From Candidatus Nomurabacteria bacterium (GTDB lineage: Bacteria; Patescibacteriota; Minisyncoccia; Phycocordibacterales; UBA1006), in assembly GCA_020632195.1 (NCBI GenBank), contig JACKGA010000002.1, positions 66,896 to 130,895 on the forward strand: a stretch of 64,000 nt of DNA. Reading direction: 5' to 3'. The translations under genes were made by a program, and so were the position numbers. Below the pieces are notes generated by a model. That model was not told where the DNA came from and ran no database searches. It worked only from the letters and a program-made list of their open reading frames with translations. Below, piece by piece: positions 8,750 through 18,724 of this stretch (position 1 is its first letter; each line of letters opens with the position of its first letter).

Positions 8750-11700
8750 TTAGGCTTCGAATGTTTCTACTATTTCTTCCTCCTCTTCCTCGGGATACAA
8801 ATCCGTCATATCAATGAAATCATCAGTCAATCCTGTCCCAGCCGGGATCAAATCACCAATAATCACATTTTCTTTCAAACCGCGAAGTACGTCATTGCGC
8901 CCTTCGATTGCAGCTGCAATCAGAACACGATTGGTATGCTGGAATGAAGCCGCAGACAACCATGAAGTCGTCGACAATGAAACATTACTAATACCTTGTA
9001 AAATAACATCTGCCTTGGCAGGAAGCTTGCCCTCTGCTTCCAGTTCTTCGTTCACTCGATTCAGGCGCACAACCTCAACGGTTTCACCCGTCGTGAAGAG
9101 TGAATCTCCTGGATCAGTAATTTCACAACGAGAGAACATCTGACGAACAATCAGTTCCAAGTGTTTCCGATCGACACCGGTACCGTGCAATTCATACACT
9201 TTTGAAATTTCTTCAATGAGGTAATTTTCAGCAGCTTCTTTACCTGCAACTTGAAAAATTGCTTGCGGATCACATGACCCATCGGTGAGCGCTTGTCCTG
9301 CTACAACATTTTCTCCCTTTTTCACAATTGGGATACGGCGCGCATCGATCTGATACGTCACCGTCTGTGAGCCTTTGTTGCTCTTGCCTGCCGCATCTTT
9401 TGTCAGATGAAGCGTCTTGATACCATCTTCGGTCACTATATTGCTAATCATACCATCAGCCTCTGCAATAACCGCAGGCACCTTTGGTGTGCGACGCTCA
9501 AAGAGCTCTTCTACACGTGGGAGACCCTGGGTAATATCACGCCCCGTAACACCTCCAGAGTGAAAAGTTCGTAGGGTCAACTGAGTACCCGGCTCACCAA
9601 TGGCTTGTGAGGCAACCGTTCCGACTGCTTCTCCGAGCTTAACCAAATGATTACGCCCAAGATCAAGTCCGTAACACTGGCTACACAATCCATGCCCGGC
9701 TTCACAGGTCAATGGTGAACGTACGGTGACTTCCTCCACACCTGCAGCTTCGATTGCTGCAGCAACCTCTTTCGTAATCAACGTATTACGATTAAAGACA
9801 TTATTCCCTTTTGGATCTTTTACTGTATCACCAGCAACACGACCAATAATCATATCTGAAAGAGATTTCTCAAGCCCATCGATCACCTGTGCACGCATCA
9901 CGAGACCCTTGGTGGTACCACAATCATCTTCACTGATAACTACTTCCTGTGCCACATCATGCAGACGACGTGTGAGGTATCCGGCTTTCGCTGTGTTGAG
10001 CGCGGTGTCAGTCAGACCCTTACGCGCCGTAGTCGTGTTGATGAAGTATTCCAGCGGGGTAAATCCTTCTTTATAGCAAGAACGAATCGGGAAATCGAGC
10101 ATGTGCCCTTTGGCATTAACAATAATTCCCTTCATACCAGCTACCTGCGAATATGAATTCATATTCCCACGAGCCCCAGAGGTCATCATCATGTCCATGG
10201 CAGCATTCTCGGTCAATTCTCCTTTCAAAAGCTCCATAATTTCATGTTTTACTTCTTCCCATGTTTCAATTGTCATACGATAGCGCTCTTCATCAGAAAT
10301 CAGTCCACCATCATATTGTTCATTGATTTTAGCAACTTTTGCTTCGCCTTCCGCCATTTTTTCATTCTTACCAGCTGGCACGCGTGCTTCATCCATACCA
10401 TGCGTAATTCCCGACATAGTAACGTATTTGTTACCAAAATGCTTAATCTTGTCGAGCATTGCCGGCGCTTCATCCACACCATAGCGATCAATCACTTCAG
10501 AGATGATACGGTTAAGTTGTTTTTTTCCAATAGCCTTATTGATAAAGGCAAAATCATCAGGGAAAATACTATTGAAGATAAGCAGTCCTACTGATGTTTC
10601 GAAGAACCCCCCTTCATACTTTGCATATTTAAGAGTATCACTTCCACGGACTTTGATACGAGCACGGAAATCAATAATCTCATAATCATAGAACATAATC
10701 GCTTCATTTACAGATCCAAAGACGCGTCCTTCACCTTTGGCACCATCGACCATAGTCGTCATCCAATATGCCCCGAGGACAATATCCTGCGATGGAGCCA
10801 CGATAGGATCACCCGTCTGTGGTTTCAAAAGGTTTTTATTTGCCGCAATCAATTCTCGTGCTTCGCGCTGTGCTGGTTCTGACAATGGCAAGTGGACCGC
10901 CATTTGGTCACCGTCGAAGTCTGCGTTGAATGCAGAACATACCAATGGGTGTACCTGAATAGCACGCCCTTCGATCAATACAGGGTTGAAAGCCTGAATA
11001 GATAGACGGTGCAAAGTCGGTGCACGGTTCAAGAGAACATACTTTCCTTTAATGACGTGCTCCAAAATTTCCCATACTTCATCATCGGCTTCTTCGATCA
11101 TGCGGTTCGCTCCACGGATGTTGAAGGCCAATTCACGTTTGATAATTTCTGCCATCACAAAGGGACGGAATAATTCCAATGCCATGTGTTTTGGCAATCC
11201 ACATTGATTCAAATGCAAACGCGGACCTACCACAATCACCGAACGACCCGAGTAGTCGACTCGTTTCCCCAAGAGGCTTTTTCGAAAGAGACCCTCTTTC
11301 CCCTTTAGATTATCGGCAAGTGATTTGAGCTTGCGTGTTTGCGCTTTACTCATCGCCGCTGACCCTGAGTGTTTACGGATAGAGTTATCAATAAGAGAGT
11401 CGACTGCTTCTTGCAAAATACGTTTTTCATTCCGCAAAATCACATCAGGAGCACCAATTTCCTGCAATTTTTTGAGACGATTATTACGATTGATCACACG
11501 ACGATAGAGGTCGTTGATATCGCTTGTCGCATGACGCCCCCCTTCGAGTGCCACCATCGGGCGCAGTGCCGGAGGGATAATAGGGATGACCTGGAGGAAC
11601 ATCCATTCTGGGTTGGTATGTGAACGGATAAGCGAACGGATAAGTACCAGACGCTTCTGGATTTTTTCTCGTTGTGCTTTTGTCGCTTCGACACGTGCAT

Positions 11701-12406
11701 TTTCGAGTTCTTTTTCTAGGGCTGGCAAATCCAGATTCTTGAAGATATCAAAGATAGCTTCAGCCCCGATTCCTGCCTCAAAAAGCGTACTGTACTTCAT
11801 CGAAAATGTATGGTATTCGAGTTCGGTCAAAACTTTGTGGACTTTCAAAGCGGTAATCTCATTCTTGGTCTGACTATAGAGATTTGAAAGTTTTTCCTGA
11901 TCTTCTTCTGATTCAAGTGTTTTGAGCTTTGTCTTGTATTCAGTCTCAAGCTCTTTGAGAATTTTCTTCCGCGCATCATCATCAACTGAGGTGACAATAT
12001 ATCCCGCAAAATAGATAACTTTCTCGAGCTGGGTTACCGGCACGCCGAGCAAAAGACTCATACGTGATGGAATACCACGCAACATCCAAATATGCGCTAC
12101 AGGTGATGCCAAATCAATATGCCCCATGCGTTCGCGACGTACCACGGCACGCGTCACCTCAACATTACACTTTTCACATACGATTCCTTTGTAACGGATT
12201 CCTTTATATTTTCCACAATAACATTGATAATCTTTTTCTGGTCCAAAGATTCGTTCATCAAAGAGTCCTCCACGCTCTGAACGTCCGGTACGATAATTAA
12301 TTGTTTCTGGTTTGACCACTTCCCCGCGAGACCAGCTACGTACAATGTCTGGTGACGCAATAGAAATCTGAAGTGAAGTAAATTCATTTTGTTTCATCTG
12401 TTTCAT
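8750..12406 (-). CDS. rpoC: DNA-directed RNA polymerase subunit beta'
   Basis: Zinc-binding CYCGKYKGIRYKGIVCEKC, the catalytic NADFDGDQMAVH motif and trigger-loop regions. The gene follows rpoB. Confidence 0.97.
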   Translation of the reverse strand: MKQMKQNEFTSLQISIASPDIVRSWSRGEVVKPETINYRTGRSERGGLFDERIFGPEKDYQCYCGKYKGIRYKGIVCEKCNVEVTRAVVRRERMGHIDLASPVAHIWMLRGIPSRMSLLLGVPVTQLEKVIYFAGYIVTSVDDDARKKILKELETEYKTKLKTLESEEDQEKLSNLYSQTKNEITALKVHKVLTELEYHTFSMKYSTLFEAGIGAEAIFDIFKNLDLPALEKELENARVEATKAQREKIQKRLVLIRSLIRSHTNPEWMFLQVIPIIPPALRPMVALEGGRHATSDINDLYRRVINRNNRLKKLQEIGAPDVILRNEKRILQEAVDSLIDNSIRKHSGSAAMSKAQTRKLKSLADNLKGKEGLFRKSLLGKRVDYSGRSVIVVGPRLHLNQCGLPKHMALELFRPFVMAEIIKRELAFNIRGANRMIEEADDEVWEILEHVIKGKYVLLNRAPTLHRLSIQAFNPVLIEGRAIQVHPLVCSAFNADFDGDQMAVHLPLSEPAQREARELIAANKNLLKPQTGDPIVAPSQDIVLGAYWMTTMVDGAKGEGRVFGSVNEAIMFYDYEIIDFRARIKVRGSDTLKYAKYEGGFFETSVGLLIFNSIFPDDFAFINKAIGKKQLNRIISEVIDRYGVDEAPAMLDKIKHFGNKYVTMSGITHGMDEARVPAGKNEKMAEGEAKVAKINEQYDGGLISDEERYRMTIETWEEVKHEIMELLKGELTENAAMDMMMTSGARGNMNSYSQVAGMKGIIVNAKGHMLDFPIRSCYKEGFTPLEYFINTTTARKGLTDTALNTAKAGYLTRRLHDVAQEVVISEDDCGTTKGLVMRAQVIDGLEKSLSDMIIGRVAGDTVKDPKGNNVFNRNTLITKEVAAAIEAAGVEEVTVRSPLTCEAGHGLCSQCYGLDLGRNHLVKLGEAVGTVASQAIGEPGTQLTLRTFHSGGVTGRDITQGLPRVEELFERRTPKVPAVIAEADGMISNIVTEDGIKTLHLTKDAAGKSNKGSQTVTYQIDARRIPIVKKGENVVAGQALTDGSCDPQAIFQVAGKEAAENYLIEEISKVYELHGTGVDRKHLELIVRQMFSRCEITDPGDSLFTTGETVEVVRLNRVNEELEAEGKLPAKADVILQGISNVSLSTTSWLSAASFQHTNRVLIAAAIEGRNDVLRGLKENVIIGDLIPAGTGLTDDFIDMTDLYPEEEEEEIVETFEA

Positions 12407-12426
12407 AAGCAAAATAAGATTAGCGA

Positions 12427-15400
12427 TTAAGCTTCGGCTTCTTCTGAACGTTCATGTCGACTACCACGAATCTCTACATTCAATGACAAACCACGTAAGT
12501 ATTTGAGCAATACATTGAAGGCAGCTGGCGCATTAGGTTCTTTGATACGATTACCATGAATGATGGCATCAAATGTTTCTGAGCGCCCTACAATATCATC
12601 TGATTTCACGGTCAGCATTTCACGCAACGTGTGAGCTGCACCATATCCCTCCAAAGCCCAAACTTCCATTTCTCCAAAACGCTGTCCTCCCGATTGACTC
12701 TTACCACCCAATGGCTGCTGAGTAATCAATGAGTATGGACCGATTGCACGGGCGTGCATCTTGTCCGCGACCATGTGATGAAGTTTCAACATATACATAT
12801 ACCCCACGGCAATTGGCTGATCGAAGCGTTCTCCGGTCTGACCATCGATCAAGGTAACTTTTCCAGAACGATCAAATCCTGCAGCTTCCAATTCATTCTT
12901 AATTTCACTTTCGGTAGCACCAGAAAACGGTGGAACAATCGCCTGATAATCAAGCGTCTGCGCTGCAAGACCGAGGTGCATTTCCAATACCTGTCCGAGG
13001 TTCATACGTGATGGTACACCCAATGGAGTCAGGACAATATCAATCGGTGTTCCATCTTCCATATAGGGCATGTCTTCTTCTGGGAGCACCACTGAGATAA
13101 CACCTTTGTTTCCGTGTCGCCCTGCAAGCTTGTCCCCTACCTGTACGGGACGCAGCTCTGCTACTTCAACATAGATTTTTTTGAGAATTCCTGATTCAAG
13201 TTCGTCACCCTGCTCACGTGCAAATACTTTTACACCAATCACACGTCCTTTTTTACCATGACCAAGACGCAATGAGGTATCCTTCACATCACGAGCCTTT
13301 TCACCGAAAATTGAGCGCAGGAGGCGTTCTTCTGGGCTTAATTCTTTTTCTCCTTTCGGAGTAATTTTACCTACCAAAATATCATTTTCATGAACTTCAG
13401 CTCCTACGCGGATAATCCCATCTTCATCGAGGTTACGGAGCTTGAGCTCAGAAACATTTGGAATGTCGTACGTTGTTTGCTCTTCTCCGAGCTTGGTATC
13501 ACGCACAATACATTCATATTCGTGGACACGGATACTGGTAAATGAATTTTCTTTTACTAAGCGTTGTGAAATAATAATCGCATCTTCGAAGTTGTGCCCT
13601 TGCCAACACATGAAAGCTACCAAAGCATTTTGTCCGACTGCTACTTGTCCGTTGTCAGTAGTAGAGGCATCGGCAAGAATATCTCCTTTCTTTACCTTGC
13701 TCCCAACTGTCAGGTGAGCAAGTGGTCGCTGATGCATGATGGAGTAGTTATTACTTCGAGAATAGTTAACAAGTTTCATCGTGTGGTCTTTTCCTTTACT
13801 ATCAGATACCACAATTTTACGCCCATCAATTTCTTTGATGGTTCCATTCTCAGGAGCAAGAATAAGACGCCCCGTATCGCGCGCAGCTTGCTCTTCAATA
13901 CCCGTCGCTACCAATGGAGCCTGCGGGATAATACATGGGGTTCCCTGCTTCTGCATGTTTGATCCCATAAGTGCACGGTTCGCGGCATCGTTTTCAAGAA
14001 AAGGAATAAGGGAAGTCGCTACCGAGAATGTCTGATTGGTCGCCACATCGATGTATTGCACGTCTTTTGGCTCAACGACAACGGGATCGCCTTTATATCG
14101 TACTTCTACTTGAGAGTCTTTGATTTTACCTTTTTCGTCATAATTAGTACCTGCGTGAGCAATATATTTGCGCTCTTCTTCAAAGGCATTCATATAAACG
14201 ATTTCTCCCGTGATCACACCTTTATCAACTTTGACATAGGGGGTTTCGATCATACCGAATTCGTTGATGCGTGCATACAGCGCAAGGTGAAGAATCAAAC
14301 CAATGTTTGGACCTTCTGGTGTATGAACCGGACAAACACGTCCATAATGTGATGGGTGAATATCACGCACTTCAAAACCTGCACGTTCACGAGTAAGACC
14401 ACCTGGCCCAAGTGCTGAAAGCTTACGAATATCTTCGATTTCTCCAACGATATTTTCCTGACTCATGTATTGTGATAACTGGTTGGTCGAGAAGAATTCT
14501 TTGACGCGTGCTTGTAAAGGACGGGTATTGACGATTTGAATAGGCTGCGTTGTCTCATTGTCAATAGTCGACATCTTATCTTGAATATTACGCTTCATCT
14601 GGCTCATTCCTTTACGGACTTTTTGCTGCAAGAGCTCGCCTGCATATCGAATACGGCGTGAACCGAGGTGGTCAATATCATCAGCCTTTGAGCCCGGAGT
14701 AATATTCAAAAGCACCACGTGTTCTACGATACGTAGTATGTCGTCAGGAGAAAGGGTAGGATCATCAAGGCTCTTTTCTCCCGTCGGCATATCAAAACGC
14801 TTGTTAAATTGATATCGTCCTACACGTGATAAATCGTAGCGCTCATCACTGAAAAGATTATCGATAAATTCACGTGCATTTTCTACTGTTGCCTGTTCTC
14901 CATCACGGAGCTTACGGTACATCTCCACATATGCTTCATCAGCATTTGTAGTCGAATCTTTTGCAAGAGAGTGCGCAAGAAATTTTTGAATATCTTCTTT
15001 TCCTTTGAAAGCTGCAAGAATCTCTTCATTGGTTGAAAGACCCATGATACGCAAGAGTTGCGTTACAGGGAATTTACGTTTTTTATCGATGCGTACTTGG
15101 ATGACTTTATCTTTTTCAGCCTCCATCTCTATCCAGATACCACGTCCTGGGATAATCTTGGCACCGAAGAAAATACCGAACTTCGTTTCGTTGTCAGTAA
15201 AAAAAACTCCGTAACTGCGAGCAATCTGTGGCACGAAGACACGCTCTGCACCATTGATAATGAACGTACCGTGATCAGTGATCATCGGGATTTCGGTCAT
15301 CATGATTTCCTGCTCTACTTCTGTACCCAATGCACGGTTCACCAATTTGATCTTTGACTTAAGGATACCTTGATAGGTCTTTTTATTATCTTTACAAAAA

Positions 15401-15630
15401 TATTCGTCCTCTTCTGGGGCGAGATAGGTAAAGTCAAGAAATTCAAGACGGAATTTCTTGTCGGCATAGTCAGTCAATGGAGAAAATTCGGCAATCGTTT
15501 CGCGAAGGCCGTTTTCCAAAAAGTGACGATATGACTCGACTTGGGTTTCAACCAAGTTTGGAATAGGAACCAAAGGCTCCTTGTACCGTGAAAAGGTTTT
15601 CTTCTCACGAATTGTTGAAGTCTTACTCAT
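12427..15630 (-). CDS. rpoB: DNA-directed RNA polymerase subunit beta
   Basis: Conserved blocks such as GRHGNKGVIS, FGEMEVWALEGYGAAHTLREMLTVKSDD. ATG 15630 (MSKTSTIREKK) is preferred over the upstream track start. Confidence 0.97.
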   Translation of the reverse strand: MSKTSTIREKKTFSRYKEPLVPIPNLVETQVESYRHFLENGLRETIAEFSPLTDYADKKFRLEFLDFTYLAPEEDEYFCKDNKKTYQGILKSKIKLVNRALGTEVEQEIMMTEIPMITDHGTFIINGAERVFVPQIARSYGVFFTDNETKFGIFFGAKIIPGRGIWIEMEAEKDKVIQVRIDKKRKFPVTQLLRIMGLSTNEEILAAFKGKEDIQKFLAHSLAKDSTTNADEAYVEMYRKLRDGEQATVENAREFIDNLFSDERYDLSRVGRYQFNKRFDMPTGEKSLDDPTLSPDDILRIVEHVVLLNITPGSKADDIDHLGSRRIRYAGELLQQKVRKGMSQMKRNIQDKMSTIDNETTQPIQIVNTRPLQARVKEFFSTNQLSQYMSQENIVGEIEDIRKLSALGPGGLTRERAGFEVRDIHPSHYGRVCPVHTPEGPNIGLILHLALYARINEFGMIETPYVKVDKGVITGEIVYMNAFEEERKYIAHAGTNYDEKGKIKDSQVEVRYKGDPVVVEPKDVQYIDVATNQTFSVATSLIPFLENDAANRALMGSNMQKQGTPCIIPQAPLVATGIEEQAARDTGRLILAPENGTIKEIDGRKIVVSDSKGKDHTMKLVNYSRSNNYSIMHQRPLAHLTVGSKVKKGDILADASTTDNGQVAVGQNALVAFMCWQGHNFEDAIIISQRLVKENSFTSIRVHEYECIVRDTKLGEEQTTYDIPNVSELKLRNLDEDGIIRVGAEVHENDILVGKITPKGEKELSPEERLLRSIFGEKARDVKDTSLRLGHGKKGRVIGVKVFAREQGDELESGILKKIYVEVAELRPVQVGDKLAGRHGNKGVISVVLPEEDMPYMEDGTPIDIVLTPLGVPSRMNLGQVLEMHLGLAAQTLDYQAIVPPFSGATESEIKNELEAAGFDRSGKVTLIDGQTGERFDQPIAVGYMYMLKLHHMVADKMHARAIGPYSLITQQPLGGKSQSGGQRFGEMEVWALEGYGAAHTLREMLTVKSDDIVGRSETFDAIIHGNRIKEPNAPAAFNVLLKYLRGLSLNVEIRGSRHERSEEAEA

Positions 15631-15856
15631 AGAAAAACATGAGGGCAGTGCACTATACAAGCGCACTACGACAAAAACACACACTGGACCGATGTGTGGG
15701 AGAGTTGAACTTATACGGTTATGAACGCGGAAATGCGTAGCATGAAATGTATGTTACAACTTAAAAACGCTAATAAATTACTCCGGGCAGGAGTAGTAAC
15801 GCTAAAGCCATAACTCATTCGAGCGTTGATGGAGGGTACTATACTTATTTTTTTGA

Positions 15857-15891
15857 TTTGGTCAAATTTGCTTAGTTTAAGTTTGACCAAA
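15857..15891. repeat. 10-bp perfect inverted repeat TTTGGTCAAA-N15-TTTGACCAAA
   Basis: Read directly in the rpoB-upstream intergenic region. Function unknown. Confidence 0.5.
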
Positions 15892-15957
15892 ACTATTTTA
15901 TGTGATTCAATTGGTTTGAACTTAAAAAAGAATATCATGGATTTAGAAATATTAGAC

Positions 15958-15985
15958 AAGGCCTAGTAGTTATCTACTAGGCCTT
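15958..15985 (-). terminator. perfect 12-bp hairpin (aaggcctagtag-ttat-ctactaggcctt)
   Basis: Lies directly downstream (minus strand) of trmD-end copy C and of the methyltransferase operon. It has no strong U-tract. Confidence 0.55.
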
Positions 15986-15986
15986 T

Positions 15987-16014
15987 AAATCTATCTCCCC
16001 TCATCAGCCTTCCT
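15987..16014 (-). repeat. trmD 3'-end copy C (distal boundary of cassette array)
   Basis: Minus strand reads AGG AAG GCT GAT GAG GGG AGA TAG ATTT. The terminal 16 nt are identical to the real trmD end. There is a 9-nt gap relative to it, and the stop codon is in register. Confidence 0.7.
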
Positions 16015-16082
16015 CTAGGGATGTGGAATTTGAAAAGAGCGATTTGTAATCTAATAAAATATAAGAAACTGTTTAATTAGGG

Positions 16083-17237
16083 CTATTGATAAACTACGAA
16101 CATAGTATTCGTATAGTTAACTTTGATTTCTGGAAATAGAGTAATAATTTCTTTTTCATGTTGGTAATAATTGTTTAAGTCCATTTCAAACCATAGACGC
16201 ATAGCCTTATATAATTCAGATCCATCTCGAGCCTCAAGAGTACAATCAATATCTATCTCTTTAAATTTAGTACCGAGTTCGGCCAGGGCAGATTGCAACT
16301 TATCATAAGTGTAAAAATACTTCTTTCCTTGGAAGCCGAATACATAATCCTTTAATCTCTTGTAGTTTCCCTCTGGTTTATTTAACACAAAAATAGCTCT
16401 ACCCCCTTCATTCAAATGAGATAATACTTGCTCAACAGCCTTCTTTTTATCTTTTAAGTAGAATAAGACGTGAGAAGCTATAATAAAATCATATTTTTCA
16501 TCACTTTCCCATTTTTCAAAATCTGAATGAATAACGGTAGTTTTTTCATCAGTATAAGAACTTACAAAACTAGTATTTTTCTCAACAATAGTTATATCTT
16601 TTACACTCCCAGGGAATGATGGCGATTGGGAAAGCGTATCAAACCCAGCACCAATATTTAACATATTTTTTGGCTTTACTTCGTTTAGCAGTGAAAGAAT
16701 TTGTTCCTCTACCTTTTGATTTTCATCAGAATGATTAATGAAGTTTTCAAAAAGAATTTCAGGTAAATAGAAATTTCCCCTCTTCTCCAGTTCAGCAACA
16801 GCAACAGTTGAAGACCACATAAGATTGAAATACTCTCGATAGCTGTCAGCAATATACTTATCTTCAATAACTATAACTTTTGGATTTATCGGATTACTCC
16901 AATCAAGCATATCAATAGTATCCCTATAGATATTCACTCCTACTTTTGTAATAAGACCCATAGGCATATAACGAACCTGCACCAATGGAATTTGTTCATA
17001 TGTTTTTCCAAGAGCACTAACATCCTCGTTATATAAAATTTTGGTTTTTATATCTTTTGATGATCTATCGTGAATATAATTGACAAAAAAATCAATAGCA
17101 TCTTGAAAATTAGAATTACCAGAACGTGCACCAAAGACCAACACCTCCTCATTTTTTTCAAGAGCGTTGTTTATTGAGTAATAATATTCTTTAATATTTT
17201 CAAATCCTTCAATTGTTTTTACCTTTGTATTATTCAT
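16083..17237 (-). CDS. two-domain protein: N-terminal TrmB-C/PLD-like-looking domain plus C-terminal class I SAM methyltransferase
   Basis: The C-terminal half has SAM motif I MLNIGAGFD and acidic loop VEKN. The N-terminal half (…VLVFGARSG…KVIVIEDKYIADSYREYFNLMW) only loosely recalls TrmB C-terminal domains. Its start overlaps the upstream gene by 8 nt. Confidence 0.65.
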   Translation of the reverse strand: MNNTKVKTIEGFENIKEYYYSINNALEKNEEVLVFGARSGNSNFQDAIDFFVNYIHDRSSKDIKTKILYNEDVSALGKTYEQIPLVQVRYMPMGLITKVGVNIYRDTIDMLDWSNPINPKVIVIEDKYIADSYREYFNLMWSSTVAVAELEKRGNFYLPEILFENFINHSDENQKVEEQILSLLNEVKPKNMLNIGAGFDTLSQSPSFPGSVKDITIVEKNTSFVSSYTDEKTTVIHSDFEKWESDEKYDFIIASHVLFYLKDKKKAVEQVLSHLNEGGRAIFVLNKPEGNYKRLKDYVFGFQGKKYFYTYDKLQSALAELGTKFKEIDIDCTLEARDGSELYKAMRLWFEMDLNNYYQHEKEIITLFPEIKVNYTNTMFVVYQ

Positions 17238-17919
17238 ATAAATTAATTATTTTCTTAAATCTACAGATTAAGAATGTCGGATAATAATCTCCATTTACCT
17301 GTTGTGCACTTGTATCAGCAAAATCAGAACCTTCATAGATTTCCAATAATTGAAGTTTTTTAAGAATACTTGAAGAAAAATATTCACTAAAAGTATGAGA
17401 TGGTTCTTCGGCAACAATACTTCCCTTAAATAGTACCGAACCAACCTTTTCCTGCTTATAATAATCACGATGTTTTGATTTCTTTTCCATAAACTGTCGT
17501 AAAGGATGCACTGTTAAGAATACCAACTCTCCATCAGCTTTTAATACCCGAACCATTTCTTGAATACTTGTCTCAATATCTTCTGAAGTTTGAAGAGCAT
17601 ATTTACTCAAAACATAATCAAACTGGTTATCTTCAAAGGGCAGGCTTTCAAATAAACCAACTTTTATATCTCTATCTGGTAAACGTTCCTGAGCGATTTT
17701 AATCAACCTCTCTGAAGCATCACAACCAGAAATGATAGCTCCTTGTTCTTCGTAGAAAACCAAATCTGTACCATCTCCACAACCAGCATCTAAAATAAAT
17801 TTTTGCTTCAAATTTATTTTTTTAAGTAGTTTGTAAAATTGAATACGACTTACTAGTGAATTATCTACAGAACCAGAAAAATCATCAGCAAATTCATTAT
17901 ATTGTTTAGCTATACTCAT
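17230..17919 (-). CDS. class I SAM-dependent methyltransferase
   Basis: Motif I ILDAGCGDGTDL, post-I ISGCDASE and motif III-like LKADGELVFL. There is an ATGA start/stop overlap with the upstream gene. Confidence 0.8.
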   Translation of the reverse strand: MSIAKQYNEFADDFSGSVDNSLVSRIQFYKLLKKINLKQKFILDAGCGDGTDLVFYEEQGAIISGCDASERLIKIAQERLPDRDIKVGLFESLPFEDNQFDYVLSKYALQTSEDIETSIQEMVRVLKADGELVFLTVHPLRQFMEKKSKHRDYYKQEKVGSVLFKGSIVAEEPSHTFSEYFSSSILKKLQLLEIYEGSDFADTSAQQVNGDYYPTFLICRFKKIINLYE

Positions 17920-18320
17920 ATCTCTGCACTTACATTAAGGTCTTCTAATTCTTGAATACTACTAAATTCAATAACAGCATTTGCAATATCTTTTAAGTAG
18001 TTTGCCTCTACTCCTTTTTTTATAAGAAGGATTATTTTCTTATTTCTTGCAATTGCATAGCCAATTTCAATAAGCACACCCTCACTTTTTTCACTTGAAT
18101 TAAGAAAAACTAGAACAACATCACTCTCATCCATTTTTTGAATAGTATGGTCGAGGATTTCTTTGTTTGTAGGTTTATTTTTTTGAAACCACTCTTCGTC
18201 TTCAAGTGACGAATAGACTGAATGACCGTTATTTTTTAAAGAGTTTTCTATTATTCCTATATTATGAACTAGCTCCTCATACGGTTCTCCAGTGAATTTA
18301 TATGAAATAAAAAAATGCAT
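17916..18320 (-). CDS. nucleoside 2-deoxyribosyltransferase-like / TIR-like flavodoxin-fold protein
   Basis: 134 aa with an N-terminal FFISYKFTGE strand and SEGVLIEIGYAIARNKKIILL, which resembles the NDT-family SxGxxxExGyA motif. The assignment is by motif only. Confidence 0.55.
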   Translation of the reverse strand: MHFFISYKFTGEPYEELVHNIGIIENSLKNNGHSVYSSLEDEEWFQKNKPTNKEILDHTIQKMDESDVVLVFLNSSEKSEGVLIEIGYAIARNKKIILLIKKGVEANYLKDIANAVIEFSSIQELEDLNVSAEI

Positions 18321-18326
18321 ATATTG

Positions 18327-18332
18327 ATTATA
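18327..18332 (-). promoter_or_regulatory. -10 box TATAAT 6 nt upstream of the NDT-like gene ATG
   Basis: Minus strand reads gaTATAATcaatatATG. Confidence 0.45.
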
Positions 18333-18369
18333 TCATCTGAAATGATGATGTCGTAGGCTCTCAAGAGCT

Positions 18370-18409
18370 GAATCTAGTACACATCCCTCCACCCATCAAT
18401 CTTCTTATA
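18370..18409 (-). repeat. trmD 3'-end copy B (between the two cassettes)
   Basis: Minus strand reads TAT AAG AAG ATT GAT GGG TGG AGG GAT GTG TAC TAG. It is 31/40 identical to the real trmD end in an ungapped alignment, with the stop codon in the same register. It begins 2 nt after the yafQ stop. Confidence 0.7.
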
Positions 18410-18411
18410 CA

Positions 18412-18699
18412 CTAATCGAAAATATCCGCATGTGTTCCAATATCAACTAATAACAAAACTAACGAATTCTCGATAATTTGATACATTAACAATATATCAT
18501 ATCGGATATGGCATTCTCGATAGCCTTTGAGCTTGCCCTGCAATTGATGATCTTTGTATTTAGGTGGTAATTGTTCCCCAGCCAACAAAAGCCTAACAAC
18601 GTGGTCAGCCTCGGCAATCATCTTTTTATTTAATTTCCCAGATCGTTCAAGTCTTTTGTAAGATTTATTAAAATCTCTCGTTCGGCGCAAAATATACAT
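18412..18699 (-). CDS. yafQ: type II toxin, YafQ/RelE family mRNA interferase
   Basis: FNKSYKRLERSGK...LPPKYKDHQLQGKLKGYRECHIRYDILLMYQI...LLLVDIGTHADIF matches the YafQ pattern. It lies downstream of a DinJ-like gene. Confidence 0.85.
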   Translation of the reverse strand: MYILRRTRDFNKSYKRLERSGKLNKKMIAEADHVVRLLLAGEQLPPKYKDHQLQGKLKGYRECHIRYDILLMYQIIENSLVLLLVDIGTHADIFD

Positions 18700-18724
18700 A
18701 TGTCTTCATCATAGTTATTTTTTA

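Noticed and set aside
8814-15357. Numerous 60-120-aa ORFs on the plus strand inside rpoC and rpoB, and similar antisense ORFs in dnaG, dnaE, gyrB, smc and the adhesin
   Set aside because: They are antisense or off-frame to long, confidently identified housekeeping genes. Their translations are low-complexity, and none has promoter or terminator context.
15711-15959. 82-aa ORF in the rpoB-upstream intergenic region
   Set aside because: It is an AT-rich intergenic stretch with a low-complexity translation. It overlaps the inverted repeat and the terminator hairpin. It more likely represents regulatory or boundary DNA.
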